64,000 bases of DNA from Rhodothermales bacterium (GTDB lineage: Bacteria; Bacteroidota; Rhodothermia; Rhodothermales; Bin80). The notes under the pieces are model-generated. The model ran no database searches and was not told where the DNA came from. It saw only the letters and a program-made list of their open reading frames with translations. The stretch is taken from positions 1,501,058-1,565,057 of the forward strand of contig OX638318.1 in the NCBI GenBank assembly GCA_951812585.1. The letters are read 5' to 3'. Made by a program: the position numbers and the translations under genes. Each line of letters starts with the position of its first letter. The stretch's first letter is position 1. Positions 9,815 to 19,211 of this stretch are shown piece after piece.

Positions 9815-10969
9815 TCACGCGTAACGGTTCAGCGCAATAGGCATGACCAGCATAAAGAGATCAGCACCCGGGATCTGCTCCGTCGGGTGCACGATACCGG
9901 CCTTGTCCGCCTTGCCCCACAAAATGATGACATCGTCGCTATCGATGTTCTGGAGGACGCCGGCAAGGTAGCGGGCGTTGAAAGCCAGCGTCAACTTGCC
10001 GGTTTCCTCCGGGCTGTCCTCAAACTCGCAAGGGATCGTTTCAAAAGCGGAGTGGGAGCGCTCAAGGTCCTCGGCACTGACCTTCATGGAGTCAGGCGAC
10101 ACATCCACGCGGATCTGTTGAATGGTCGTCCCCGCGAAGAGCGCCGTGCGCTGTACGGCGGCAAGGAAATCCATGCGATTGACCGTAAGCCGCCGCTCGT
10201 TTTTCAGCAAGGACACAACGCGCTCGTATTTGGGAAAGGGCGCATCGATCCGGGCGGCGGTCAGGCTGGCCGTGCCAAAGTCAAAGCACACATGGTGTTT
10301 GCTCACTTTCAGCGTGCAGGTGTCCTGGCCGGACAGACGGCCCAAGGTCTTGAGCGGGGCGCCGGGGACCACCACATCAGCAGTGCCCTCGCATTTGGCA
10401 GTGGTCACCTTGAAGCGCACCAGGCGATGGCTGTCGGTGGCAACGATATACAGGCCATCTTCACGAAGCTGGAAAAGGAACCCTGTCATGGCCAGCCGTG
10501 CCGGCTCCTGCCCGATGGCGAAGCTGCTCGTAGCGATAGCCTTCAGCAAGAGATCCCGTTCAATCTCGACCTTATGCAGCGGATCCACGCCCGGGATCGC
10601 AGGAAAGTCTCCCCCGTCAAACCCGGATACGACGTACTGGCCGCGTTCGGTTGTGATGGTGAGCCGGAAACTATCCGAGTATTCAAAAGTGACCGACTCA
10701 TCCCCCAAGCTTCGCATTGTCTTAAGCAAATACGAGGCAGGAACAGCGATGCGTGCCGGGCGCTCCGGAGGCGGGCCTGCAAACTGGACCTTGAGGTGCT
10801 CCACGATGGAGTGAAGATGAAGGTTAGTCGCCGCCAGACGAAGGTGGTCATCCTCGTCACGTTCAAGCAGTATGCAGGTTGCAATAGGCAGCGTCGTCTT
10901 TTGCTTGATGGCTGCCTCTACGCTTTCCAAGGCCCGTGTCAGGACCTTGCTGTTGGTGGTGAATTTCAT
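9815..10969 (-). CDS. dnaN: DNA polymerase III beta sliding clamp
   Basis: 384 aa starting MKFTTNSKVLTRALESV. Immediately downstream of dnaA. Confidence 0.9.
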   Translation of the reverse strand: MKFTTNSKVLTRALESVEAAIKQKTTLPIATCILLERDEDDHLRLAATNLHLHSIVEHLKVQFAGPPPERPARIAVPASYLLKTMRSLGDESVTFEYSDSFRLTITTERGQYVVSGFDGGDFPAIPGVDPLHKVEIERDLLLKAIATSSFAIGQEPARLAMTGFLFQLREDGLYIVATDSHRLVRFKVTTAKCEGTADVVVPGAPLKTLGRLSGQDTCTLKVSKHHVCFDFGTASLTAARIDAPFPKYERVVSLLKNERRLTVNRMDFLAAVQRTALFAGTTIQQIRVDVSPDSMKVSAEDLERSHSAFETIPCEFEDSPEETGKLTLAFNARYLAGVLQNIDSDDVIILWGKADKAGIVHPTEQIPGADLFMLVMPIALNRYA

Positions 10970-11060
10970 GGAACTCTTGAGAGGTTGGTAACGAATCTAC
11001 GCAAAAACGACGGCCTTGTGCCCACAGTTAAGGGCCTCCGGCGGCGCGAGGAGTGGCGCC

Positions 11061-12491
11061 TCAGGGAGGGTTCGCAATGAGCGAACGCCGGATGTGCACC
11101 ATCATTTCGCGGTACTGCGAATTCGTTTCCATCTGGTTGTTCACGCTTCGCTCCGAATGCACTACCGTGGAGTGGTCGCGTCCGCCAAACTGCAGCCCAA
11201 TGGTCTTCAGCGAATTCTGAGTAAGCTCCCTCGCAAAGAACATTGCGATCTGGCGCGCCTGTACGACCTCTCTTTTTCGCGTCTTTGCACGGACGAGGTC
11301 TGGATTCAGCTTGAAGTAGTCGCAGACGATCTTCACGATATAGTCGATCGTTACGTGGGTGGGCTGATCGTGGATGAAGTCTTTGAGTGCCTGTCGCGCC
11401 ATGGCGGCGTTGATTTCGTCATGGAGCAGCGTGGCATGGGTCATCAGGCGCACAAGCGCCCCCTCCAGCTCTCGGATGTTGCTCTTGATGTTGCGGGCAA
11501 TAAAGTCAGTGACGTCCTGCGGCAGATCAAGGCCCTCGTCTGCAGCCTTTCGGTTCAGGATGGCCATACGTGTTTCCAGGTCAGGGATCTGCACGTCCGC
11601 CGCCAAGCCCCACTGAAAACGGGACAAGAGTCGCTCTTCGATGCCCTTGATGTCCTTCGGCGGCCGGTCAGCCGACAGAATGATCTGCTTCCTGAGGTGG
11701 TGCAGCTCGTTGAAGACATGGAAGAACATTTCCTGGATCTTCTCCTTCTTGCCGAAGAACTGCACGTCGTCCACAATGAGCACATCGATGCTCCGGTAGT
11801 ACGCCGAAAACTGACCGATCCTGTGCTGCTCAATGGACTGCACGAATTCGTTCAAGAAGTGTTCGCTGGTCACATACCGGACACGCTTGCGTGTGTGATT
11901 GGCCAAGACATGGTTGCCGATTGCCTGGATGAGATGCGTCTTGCCCAGGCCCACGCCCCCGTAGACAAGGAAGGGGCTGAACGAATTGTCTTCGGGGTCT
12001 TGTGCGATGGCCAAAGCCGCACTGCGGGCCAGGCGGTTGCAGTCTCCTTCAACAAAGTTGTCAAACGTATTGCACCTGGAAAGACGGCTTTCTGAGGCCG
12101 GAAGCGGCACGGGAGCATTTGGCACGACCAGGTCTGGCGCTGGCCGTTTGATCACGGTCTGCGGCTGGGCGCGCAGCAAACTCGATTCACTGGGGGCGCT
12201 TTCTGCTGGCTGCGCAATGATAATCTTGTAGTACAGCCGGGCGTCCGGTCCCAGCACGCGCGTGACAGTCTCGCGGATCAGGTGATAGAAGTGCTCCTCC
12301 AGCCATTCGTAGAAGAAGTGGCTGGGAAGCTCGACTGTCAGCCGAACCTCTGAATCAACCTGGTCCAGCTCTAATGGCTTGATGGGCTCGAACCACGTAA
12401 CGAAGGTGGTGGGGTTGTCTGAGCTGCTCTCAATGTTGTCCCGGATCACCTTGAGGCAGGCATTCCAGGCTTCTTTAGCGGTGGGTTGCAT
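11061..12491 (-). CDS. dnaA: chromosomal replication initiator protein DnaA
   Basis: 476 aa. AAA+ Walker [11 protein letters not shown], box VII/sensor region, and C-terminal DNA-binding domain ([12 protein letters not shown]). Confidence 0.95.
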   Translation of the reverse strand: MQPTAKEAWNACLKVIRDNIESSSDNPTTFVTWFEPIKPLELDQVDSEVRLTVELPSHFFYEWLEEHFYHLIRETVTRVLGPDARLYYKIIIAQPAESAPSESSLLRAQPQTVIKRPAPDLVVPNAPVPLPASESRLSRCNTFDNFVEGDCNRLARSAALAIAQDPEDNSFSPFLVYGGVGLGKTHLIQAIGNHVLANHTRKRVRYVTSEHFLNEFVQSIEQHRIGQFSAYYRSIDVLIVDDVQFFGKKEKIQEMFFHVFNELHHLRKQIILSADRPPKDIKGIEERLLSRFQWGLAADVQIPDLETRMAILNRKAADEGLDLPQDVTDFIARNIKSNIRELEGALVRLMTHATLLHDEINAAMARQALKDFIHDQPTHVTIDYIVKIVCDYFKLNPDLVRAKTRKREVVQARQIAMFFARELTQNSLKTIGLQFGGRDHSTVVHSERSVNNQMETNSQYREMMVHIRRSLIANPP

Positions 12492-12545
12492 TCAGTCGGC
12501 AGGCATTCAATCAGACACAGGTACAATGGTACAATTCGGGGTGCG

Positions 12546-12776
12546 TCAGGCTGCTGCGTCGATATGAAAATCATGCAGCACCGTCGTACCAGCACAGTCG
12601 TACGTCAGACTCCGGCACGCGCGAGACAGTCTCGCAGAGCGGCGATAGCAGCGCGCTCCTTGCCACCCGTTAAGGACAGGGCTGGAAAGCGCGGCCATCA
12701 GCCGCGCCACGCGCTCAATATTGTACAGGTCCGCCTTGAGGCAGGCGTCCCATGCTTCGGCTGCTGCTGCGTGCAT
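12546..12776 (-). other. partial duplicate of the dnaA start region (76-aa ORF of doubtful coding status)
   Basis: ORF begins MHAAAAEAWDACLKADLYNIE, against Dna[22 protein letters not shown]. The DNA of 12711-12785 aligns to 12428-12500 at about 74% by hand, including the CATTCAGTCG just 5' of both ATGs. Confidence 0.5.
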
Positions 12777-12981
12777 TCAGTCGACTGAAGCTTGTGCGGA
12801 TAGAGCGGTGTGGGTGTGAAACAAGATACGACGGCTTCGGGATCGATGGTGCGGTCCATGCAACTGGCTGCTCATGGACGGTACCGCCAAGGGCCTTCTG
12901 CGCGGCCCACAGCCTCCTGAACACATTCGTTCGGATACATGGTGGGAAAGTAAGGCATGCGTTCAAGAGTCCGGCGACGAC

Positions 12982-12990
12982 TTATCCACA
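12982..12990 (+). promoter_or_regulatory. DnaA box, perfect consensus TTATCCACA
   Basis: Exact 9-mer read in the sequence. Confidence 0.7.
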
Positions 12991-13040
12991 ATGCATTGCT
13001 GCGCGTGCCCTTCGCCGCTCGCTGCAGCCCGCAGAATCAA

Positions 13041-13140
13041 TGCCCGCTATATGATAAAGACATAGAGCACTAAGATTCAGATAGACAGTAATTTGGATTG
13101 CATCCAGAATTGGTTGATATTTGTTCGCATAACGGTAACA
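13041..13140. other. AT-rich stretch (candidate DNA unwinding element)
   Basis: 37 G+C in 100 nt by hand count, against clearly above 60% in flanking genes. Lies between the DnaA boxes. Confidence 0.5.
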
Positions 13141-13175
13141 TTGATTTGCGGGCCCAGTCGGACGCAACTTTTGAG

Positions 13176-13184
13176 TTACCCACA
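13176..13184 (+). promoter_or_regulatory. DnaA box, one mismatch (TTACCCACA)
   Basis: Read in the sequence. Tandem with the next box, 2 nt apart. Confidence 0.5.
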
Positions 13185-13186
13185 AC

Positions 13187-13195
13187 TTATCCACT
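13187..13195 (+). promoter_or_regulatory. DnaA box, one mismatch (TTATCCACT)
   Basis: Read in the sequence. Confidence 0.5.
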
Positions 13196-13280
13196 ACATG
13201 AAAAATCCAAGATTGCGGCACGGCGTGTTGCGCGGTCAGGGTCGGAACCCGTGCGGTCAGGTACCGTTTACTGGTGCGCA

Positions 13281-13754
13281 ATGTACATGGGAGAGGTTGC
13301 ACTGGTTGCGGGCACGCGGTGCCGCTTGATGCCCGGGCCTCAGGACCTGGAGCTAGATCCTGAGGCGTTCACGGGCATACAGATAGTTGTTGAATTGTCA
13401 CGAGAGGGTAAGGACCTGATGCTCACGCTGGAGGCATCGGCGGATGCACATTTGCTTTGTGATCGCACCCTGGATCCATTCACCGTGCGGGTGTCGGGGT
13501 GCTGCAGGATTCTGCTGCAGGAAGGCGGCAATCCGGCGTGCCGGGAGCCTTTTGATGAGACGATCAGTGTGGTGCCGCAGCAGCAGGTGATCGACGTTGC
13601 ACCGCTGGCGCGCGATACACTGGTGTTAGCGGTTCCCGCCCGCAAGGTAGCGCCGCATGCAGTGGGCATTGAGCTGCCCCGCGTCTTTGGTGCGCCAGCG
13701 CCTGCAATCGCACCGCACTTGGCACCGTTGCTACCACAACAGACCGATTATTGA
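13281..13754 (+). CDS. yceD: YceD/DUF177-family protein (large ribosomal RNA/L32-associated)
   Basis: Central LCDRTLDPF...DVAPLARDTLVLAVPARKV pattern and position immediately upstream of rpmF. The ORF is open from 13098, but that part covers the AT-rich origin region. Start placed at the ATG at 13281 (uncertain). Confidence 0.7.
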   Translation: MYMGEVALVAGTRCRLMPGPQDLELDPEAFTGIQIVVELSREGKDLMLTLEASADAHLLCDRTLDPFTVRVSGCCRILLQEGGNPACREPFDETISVVPQQQVIDVAPLARDTLVLAVPARKVAPHAVGIELPRVFGAPAPAIAPHLAPLLPQQTDY

Positions 13755-13760
13755 CAGCCT

Positions 13761-13952
13761 ATGGCTAATCCCAAGCGCAAGCATTCGAAGGCACGCACCC
13801 GCAAGCGCCGCAGCGGATATTATGGTGGCCTTGGCCGCCCGGACACGATGGCATGCGAACGGTGCGGCACGGCGAAGCTGCGACATAGGGTATGTCCGAG
13901 CTGCGGCACGTATCGCGGTCGGCAGATCATTGAAGTTGAGGATGCTGTATAG
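13761..13952 (+). CDS. rpmF: 50S ribosomal protein L32
   Basis: 63 aa, MANPKRKHSKARTRKRR..., with a CxxC...CxxC zinc ribbon. Confidence 0.92.
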   Translation: MANPKRKHSKARTRKRRSGYYGGLGRPDTMACERCGTAKLRHRVCPSCGTYRGRQIIEVEDAV

Positions 13953-14010
13953 TGTCCGCTTGTTGCCTAGGTAGCGGGCCGACGGCTTGGCACAGGGTAG
14001 TCTCGGCCAT

Positions 14011-15027
14011 ATGAAGACTGCAAGCGTTGCAGTTGACGCAATGGGCGGCGACCACGCGCCGGGGGTCGTCATTGAAGGGGCGCTTCGCGTGGTGCGCCAG
14101 GCCGACTGCAACCTGCACCTGGTGCTGTTTGGGCCGATGCCGGTGCTTAAGAAGGAGATGGCCCGCCAGGCACCCGATGGTCATCCGTGCATAGAGCTCA
14201 GGCACGCGCCTGAAGTGATCGGCATGGGCGAGATACCGGTTGCTGCGGTGCGTGCCAAGCCGCGATCTTCCATGCACCTCGGCCTCCGGTATCACCGGGA
14301 CGGCAAGGCGGATGCGTTTGTCAGTGCGGGCAACACGGGTGCCATTGCCGCGGCTTCCCTGTTTGTACTGGGGCGTCTCTCCGGGGTGACGCGGCCCTCC
14401 CTCTCGTCCTACTATCCCACCACGGAAGGTGTTTGCCTGGTTCTGGATGTTGGCTCCAACATGGACTCCAAGCCGGAGCATTTGCTCCAGTTTGCACTGA
14501 TGGGAACGGCCTACGCGCGCTGCTTACTGGGCATTGCAGAGCCACGCGTCAGCCTTTTGAGCGTGGGCGAGGAGCCGCAAAAGGGCAATGAGCTGGTGCG
14601 TGCTGCGTATAAGCTGCTGGCGGCAGCGACCAATCTCCACTTTAGAGGAAACATTGAGGGGCGTGATATTTTGCACCACGCCGCGGATGTCGTCGTGTGC
14701 GATGGCTTTGTGGGCAACGTGGTACTGAAGCTCGCCGAGAGCGTCATGACGGTCCTGCCAAAGATGATCAGCCAGGAGGTTGCCACACAAGGACTGGACC
14801 CAACCGCCGTAGAGAGCTTTGCAACTATTCTGCAGGGACTTAAGCGGCGGTTCGATCCAGAGACCTACGGGGGCGGTGCGCCCTTGCTAGGGGTTAACGG
14901 GACCGTGCTGGTGCTGCACGGTAGCTCTCCGGCGCGCGCCTTCGAAAAAGCATATTTCATGGCTGCACAGACTGCCTCCGCCGACCTGACCGGCACCATC
15001 CTGCGCCTGATCAAAGGAGCCGATTGA
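14011..15027 (+). CDS. plsX: phosphate acyltransferase PlsX
   Basis: VAVDAMGGDHAPG motif. The ORF opens at a TTG at 13987; I prefer the ATG at 14011. rpmF-plsX-fabH order. Confidence 0.9.
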   Translation: MKTASVAVDAMGGDHAPGVVIEGALRVVRQADCNLHLVLFGPMPVLKKEMARQAPDGHPCIELRHAPEVIGMGEIPVAAVRAKPRSSMHLGLRYHRDGKADAFVSAGNTGAIAAASLFVLGRLSGVTRPSLSSYYPTTEGVCLVLDVGSNMDSKPEHLLQFALMGTAYARCLLGIAEPRVSLLSVGEEPQKGNELVRAAYKLLAAATNLHFRGNIEGRDILHHAADVVVCDGFVGNVVLKLAESVMTVLPKMISQEVATQGLDPTAVESFATILQGLKRRFDPETYGGGAPLLGVNGTVLVLHGSSPARAFEKAYFMAAQTASADLTGTILRLIKGAD

Positions 15028-15037
15028 ATGTGTCAAT

Positions 15038-16072
15038 ATGATTAGAGCAGCGATTACGTCCGTAGGCCACTTCCTGCCGGAGGAGCGGCTTACCAACGCG
15101 GACTTTGAGCAGATGGTGGACACCACGGACGAGTGGATACGGTCGCGTACGGGCATCCGTGAGCGCCGCATCCTGCGAGACAAGGACAAAGCGACCACCT
15201 ACATGGCCATCAAGGCGGCTAAGGAGGCACTCAAGAAACGCGGCATGAGCGGTCCCGATGTGGATGTGATCATTGTGGCTACCGTAACGCCGGACATGTT
15301 CTTTCCGGCGAACGCCTGCCAGGTGCAAGCCGCTTTGGGCGCGACGAAGGCCTGGGGATTTGACCTTTCGGCCGCGTGCAGCGGGTTTGTGTTTGGGCTA
15401 AGCACCGCGGCATGCCTTATAGAAAGCGGGCGCTACAGGAATGTGCTGCTGATCGGCAGCGACAAGATGAGCAGCATAACCGACTACACTGATCGCGAAA
15501 CGTGCGTCCTCTTCGGCGATGCGGCGGGCGCCGTGCTCCTGGAGCCCAACGCCGATGGCAACGGCATCGTGGACTCCGTGCTGCGCACCAAGGGCGAAGG
15601 CTGGGAAGCGTTGTGCATGCTGGGTGGCGGGAGCCTTAATCCGCCGACCCACCAGACAGTGGACCGGAAGATGCACTACATTCATCAGGATGGGCGCACG
15701 GTATTTCGTTTCGCTGTGAATGCCTTTGCGGACATAGCCGCCGAAGTGATGCAGCGCAATGGGCTTACCAGCGACGATGTGCGCTTTTTTGTGCCGCACC
15801 AGGCGAATCAGCGCATCATTGATGCGGCGGCGCGGCGCATGGGCCTGGCGTCTGACCGCGTTATGATCAACATCAGTCGCTACGGCAATACGACGGCTGC
15901 GACCATTCCGCTCTGTCTCTACGACTGGGAGCACGCGCTGCGCAAGGACGACAACATTGTGCTGGCGGCCTTTGGGGGTGGATACACATGGGGTGCCACC
16001 TACGTCAGGTGGGCCTACACCGGCGTTGCCCAGCCGAGAGCGACGGCGCGGGCGATGGAAGCGGTAGGCTAA
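15038..16072 (+). CDS. fabH: 3-oxoacyl-ACP synthase III
   Basis: 344 aa. Active-site context FDLSAACSGF, plus HQAN and GNTTAATIP motifs. Confidence 0.92.
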   Translation: MIRAAITSVGHFLPEERLTNADFEQMVDTTDEWIRSRTGIRERRILRDKDKATTYMAIKAAKEALKKRGMSGPDVDVIIVATVTPDMFFPANACQVQAALGATKAWGFDLSAACSGFVFGLSTAACLIESGRYRNVLLIGSDKMSSITDYTDRETCVLFGDAAGAVLLEPNADGNGIVDSVLRTKGEGWEALCMLGGGSLNPPTHQTVDRKMHYIHQDGRTVFRFAVNAFADIAAEVMQRNGLTSDDVRFFVPHQANQRIIDAAARRMGLASDRVMINISRYGNTTAATIPLCLYDWEHALRKDDNIVLAAFGGGYTWGATYVRWAYTGVAQPRATARAMEAVG

Positions 16073-16088
16073 CCGGAGGGTCATCATC

Positions 16089-17027
16089 GTGCGCACCGCA
16101 TACCTGTTTCCGGGTCAGGGATCGCAGCTTCCGGGCATGGGGAGCGACCTGTACGACACGTATGCAGAGGCGCGTGCGGTCTTTGATGAGGCAGACCGTG
16201 TGCTGGAGTTTTCGCTGACGTCGCACTGCTTCGCGCACGGTCAAGAGGCGATGGCGGCGCTAACCCGGACTGATGTTTGCCAGCCGGCGATCTTTGCGCA
16301 TTCCGTGGCCGCATTCAGGGTCCTGGAATGCGCACCGGACATGGTGGCCGGCCACAGTGTAGGAGAATACAGCGCACTCGCGGCCTGCGGTGCCATCAGC
16401 CTCGCTGATGGACTGCGCACCGTGCGGCAGCGCGCGCGGCTGATGGCACAGGCGGGTCAGGCGCGCCCCGGCACCATGTGCGCGGTGCTGGGGCTGGACG
16501 AGGACAGTGTCCGGGACGTGTGCCGGGCTGCCTCGGATGCGGAAGGGCATGTCCAGCCGGCCAACTTCAATGCACCGGGGCAAGTCGTAATCTCGGGTGA
16601 CAGGCAAGCGGTGGCGCATGCGGGAGAGTTGGCCAAGGCGCGCGGCGCGCGGCGCGTAATACCGCTGAAGGTCAGCGGCGCATTTCATTCCATGCTGATG
16701 CAAGCGGTTCACCACCGCTTTGCGCGCACGGTCGAGGCCCTGGACATCAGAAGGCCCCGGTGTCCGATTTACTTGAACGCTACTGCGGAGCCGACCACTG
16801 ATCCCCGGGAGATACGGCTGCGGATGCTTCAGCAGCTGACTGCTCCGGTGCGCTGGATGCAGTCATTGCATGCAATGCAGGCGGACGGGGCCGCGCGCTT
16901 TGTGGAAGTCGGGCCAGGCCGCATCTTGTCGGGGCTGGTGCGCCGCACACTGGGGCGCAAGACTTTGGCCACTCAGGTGAGCACGAGGAGGCACGTTGAA
17001 CAAATGCATGCAAGCCATGAACTTTGA
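16089..17027 (+). CDS. fabD: malonyl-CoA:ACP transacylase
   Basis: 312 aa with GTG start. FPGQGSQ and GHSVGEYSAL motifs. Confidence 0.92.
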   Translation: MRTAYLFPGQGSQLPGMGSDLYDTYAEARAVFDEADRVLEFSLTSHCFAHGQEAMAALTRTDVCQPAIFAHSVAAFRVLECAPDMVAGHSVGEYSALAACGAISLADGLRTVRQRARLMAQAGQARPGTMCAVLGLDEDSVRDVCRAASDAEGHVQPANFNAPGQVVISGDRQAVAHAGELAKARGARRVIPLKVSGAFHSMLMQAVHHRFARTVEALDIRRPRCPIYLNATAEPTTDPREIRLRMLQQLTAPVRWMQSLHAMQADGAARFVEVGPGRILSGLVRRTLGRKTLATQVSTRRHVEQMHASHEL

Positions 17028-17751
17028 AGGGAGGACGGTTCTGGTCACGGGCGGCACGCGCGGCATTGGCCACGCCATCGTACGGGCCTTCGCGGGAGCG
17101 GGTGCTCGTGTAGCCTTCACCTACCGCAGTTCGGCCGCGGCTGCGGCGGCGCTTGAGGAGGAATGGGGCGCAGCGGTGCGGTCCTTTCAGGGAGATGGGG
17201 CCGAGATGGTGGCTGCAACAGCGGCCGTGGACGGCGTACTGCGCGCATGGGAGCGCCTGGATATCCTTGTGAACAATGCCGGCATCACCCGTGACAACCT
17301 GCTCTTGCGCATGAGCGAAAGCGATTGGGATACGGTGCTGGCGGCAAACCTGCGCAGCATGTTCAACTTTAGCAAGGCGGCCTGCCGGACCATGATGCGG
17401 CAGCGCAGCGGGCGCATCATAAACGTTTCGTCCATCGTCGGCATCAGCGGCAATGCCGGACAGGCCAACTACGCAGCATCCAAGGCGGGTGTCTTTGGCT
17501 TCACCAAGAGCCTGGCCAAGGAACTGGGCGCTCGCAAGATTACAGTGAACGCGGTGGCTCCGGGCTATGTCGTCACCGACATGACGCGCGCGTTGCCGGA
17601 TAAGGTGCGCAGCGATCTTGTGCGCCGGATTCCTTTGCGCCGTGAGGCTACGCCGGACGAAATCGCACAGCCGGTGCTGTTTCTGGCCTCTGAAGCAGCC
17701 GCATACATCACCGGCCATACGCTGGTGGTTGACGGAGGCATGGCAATGTGA
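17017..17751 (+). CDS. fabG: 3-oxoacyl-ACP reductase (SDR family)
   Basis: TGGTRGIG cofactor motif, NNAG, and YAASKAG catalytic motif. Start at the ATG at 17017 (MNFEGRTVLVTGG), overlapping the fabD end by 11 nt. Confidence 0.88.
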   Translation: MNFEGRTVLVTGGTRGIGHAIVRAFAGAGARVAFTYRSSAAAAAALEEEWGAAVRSFQGDGAEMVAATAAVDGVLRAWERLDILVNNAGITRDNLLLRMSESDWDTVLAANLRSMFNFSKAACRTMMRQRSGRIINVSSIVGISGNAGQANYAASKAGVFGFTKSLAKELGARKITVNAVAPGYVVTDMTRALPDKVRSDLVRRIPLRREATPDEIAQPVLFLASEAAAYITGHTLVVDGGMAM

Positions 17752-17756
17752 TGTAG

Positions 17757-19211
17757 ATGCAGAATCGATTTAAGACGACCATAGATCTGACGGCACGAGC
17801 GCGTCGCACCGAAAAAGAGCACGAAGCGCGTACTCACTTTCCCCCGCCGGACCCGCCTCTTCCCAACGCGACCAAGGACACGTTGTCGCCTGCGGTGAGG
17901 TCAGCCTGCGACGCCGCCGGCTGGCCCGCGCTGATGCCGGTCCAGTCAACGGCCATCCCGTACGTGTTGGACGGACGGGACCTCATCGTGCAGTCGCGCA
18001 CGGGCAGCGGAAAGACGGGGGCGTTTATCCTGCCGTTTTTCGACCTTCTGGATGCTTCGCAATCAGTGACGCAGGCCTTGGTGTTAACGCCAACGCGCGA
18101 ACTGGCACGGCAGATTTTCGAGGAGTTCGTGCGCATGAACGCGCAGGGCACGCTGACGGGCGCACTGGTCTATGGTGGCGTGGGTTATGAGGAGCAGATC
18201 AAGCAGCTCCGGGCGGGTGCTCATCTGGTCGTCGGCACGCCTGGACGGATTCTGGACCACCTGCAGCGGCGAACGTTCACCTTGTCCCGTCTGTCGGTCC
18301 TGGTCCTGGACGAGGCGGACGAGATGCTGTCCTTGGGCTTTATGCCCGATATGCAAGTGCTCCAGCGTTATTTGCCTCCGGCTCGGCAATCATACATGTT
18401 CAGTGCGACCATGCCACCGAAGGTGCGGGTGCTGGGGCGCATGTTTCTGAACGCGCCGGCCTTTCTGGGCCTCAGCGAGGATCAGATCAGCGTAGAAACC
18501 ATACGGCACTGGTACTGTCGCGTGGACCAGATTGGCAAATCCCGTGCGCTGATACGGCTGTTGGAGGTGGAAGACCCGTCGTCGGCTATCGTCTTTGCGA
18601 ACACGCGCACGGAAGTGTCCTTTGTGGCCTCCTTCCTGCGCAATTACGGCTTTGCTGCGGCGGCCATGTCCGGCAAGTTGACGCAGCAGATGCGCGAGCG
18701 GGCCATGCAGCGGCTAAAGACGGGCCGGCTCCGCATCCTTGTGGCCACCGATGTGGCCGCACGGGGCATCGACATCAGCCAACTGAGCCATGTGATTCAG
18801 TATGATGTGCCCCAGAACATGGAAATGTATATTCATCGCACGGGGCGCACTGCACGGGCGGGCCGGACCGGGACCGCCATAACGCTGGCCACGTTTGACG
18901 ATGTACAACACCTTGGCGCCATAGCGCGCTACTATGCATTGGATATGGAAAAGCGCCCACTGCCCACGGAAAGAGAGGCTACGGAACGCATCGTGGAACG
19001 TACGACGGAAGCCCTGGAGGGTGTGCTTGCAAACAAGACCCGTCTGGATCGGGAGCGTCTGACGCGCTTCATCCCTTTGGTGCAGTCGCTTGCGCAGGAG
19101 AAGCCCGCCCTTTTGGCCATGCTTCTGGATGAGCTGCATCAGCGGCACAGCCGTGGCGCGCGAAACACGGGCCAAAAGGGTCGGCATGGCCGCCGCAAAG
19201 CACAGTCATGA
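17757..19211 (+). CDS. DEAD-box ATP-dependent RNA helicase
   Basis: Q-motif region, SRTGSGKTGAF (motif I), VLDEADEML (DEAD), SAT, and HRTGRTARAGRTG (motif VI). The exact start is uncertain. Confidence 0.88.
   Translation: MQNRFKTTIDLTARARRTEKEHEARTHFPPPDPPLPNATKDTLSPAVRSACDAAGWPALMPVQSTAIPYVLDGRDLIVQSRTGSGKTGAFILPFFDLLDASQSVTQALVLTPTRELARQIFEEFVRMNAQGTLTGALVYGGVGYEEQIKQLRAGAHLVVGTPGRILDHLQRRTFTLSRLSVLVLDEADEMLSLGFMPDMQVLQRYLPPARQSYMFSATMPPKVRVLGRMFLNAPAFLGLSEDQISVETIRHWYCRVDQIGKSRALIRLLEVEDPSSAIVFANTRTEVSFVASFLRNYGFAAAAMSGKLTQQMRERAMQRLKTGRLRILVATDVAARGIDISQLSHVIQYDVPQNMEMYIHRTGRTARAGRTGTAITLATFDDVQHLGAIARYYALDMEKRPLPTEREATERIVERTTEALEGVLANKTRLDRERLTRFIPLVQSLAQEKPALLAMLLDELHQRHSRGARNTGQKGRHGRRKAQS

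Larger units (their letters stand above)
12780..13280. other. candidate chromosomal replication origin (oriC)
   Basis: Non-coding gap between divergent dnaA and yceD-rpmF. Contains DnaA boxes and an AT-rich stretch, and gene-strand polarity switches here. Confidence 0.65.

Noticed and set aside
13098-13280. N-terminal 61-codon extension of the yceD-like ORF.
   Set aside because: It covers the AT-rich stretch and the DnaA boxes of the candidate origin and has no resemblance to YceD. The internal ATG at 13281 gives a normal-sized protein.
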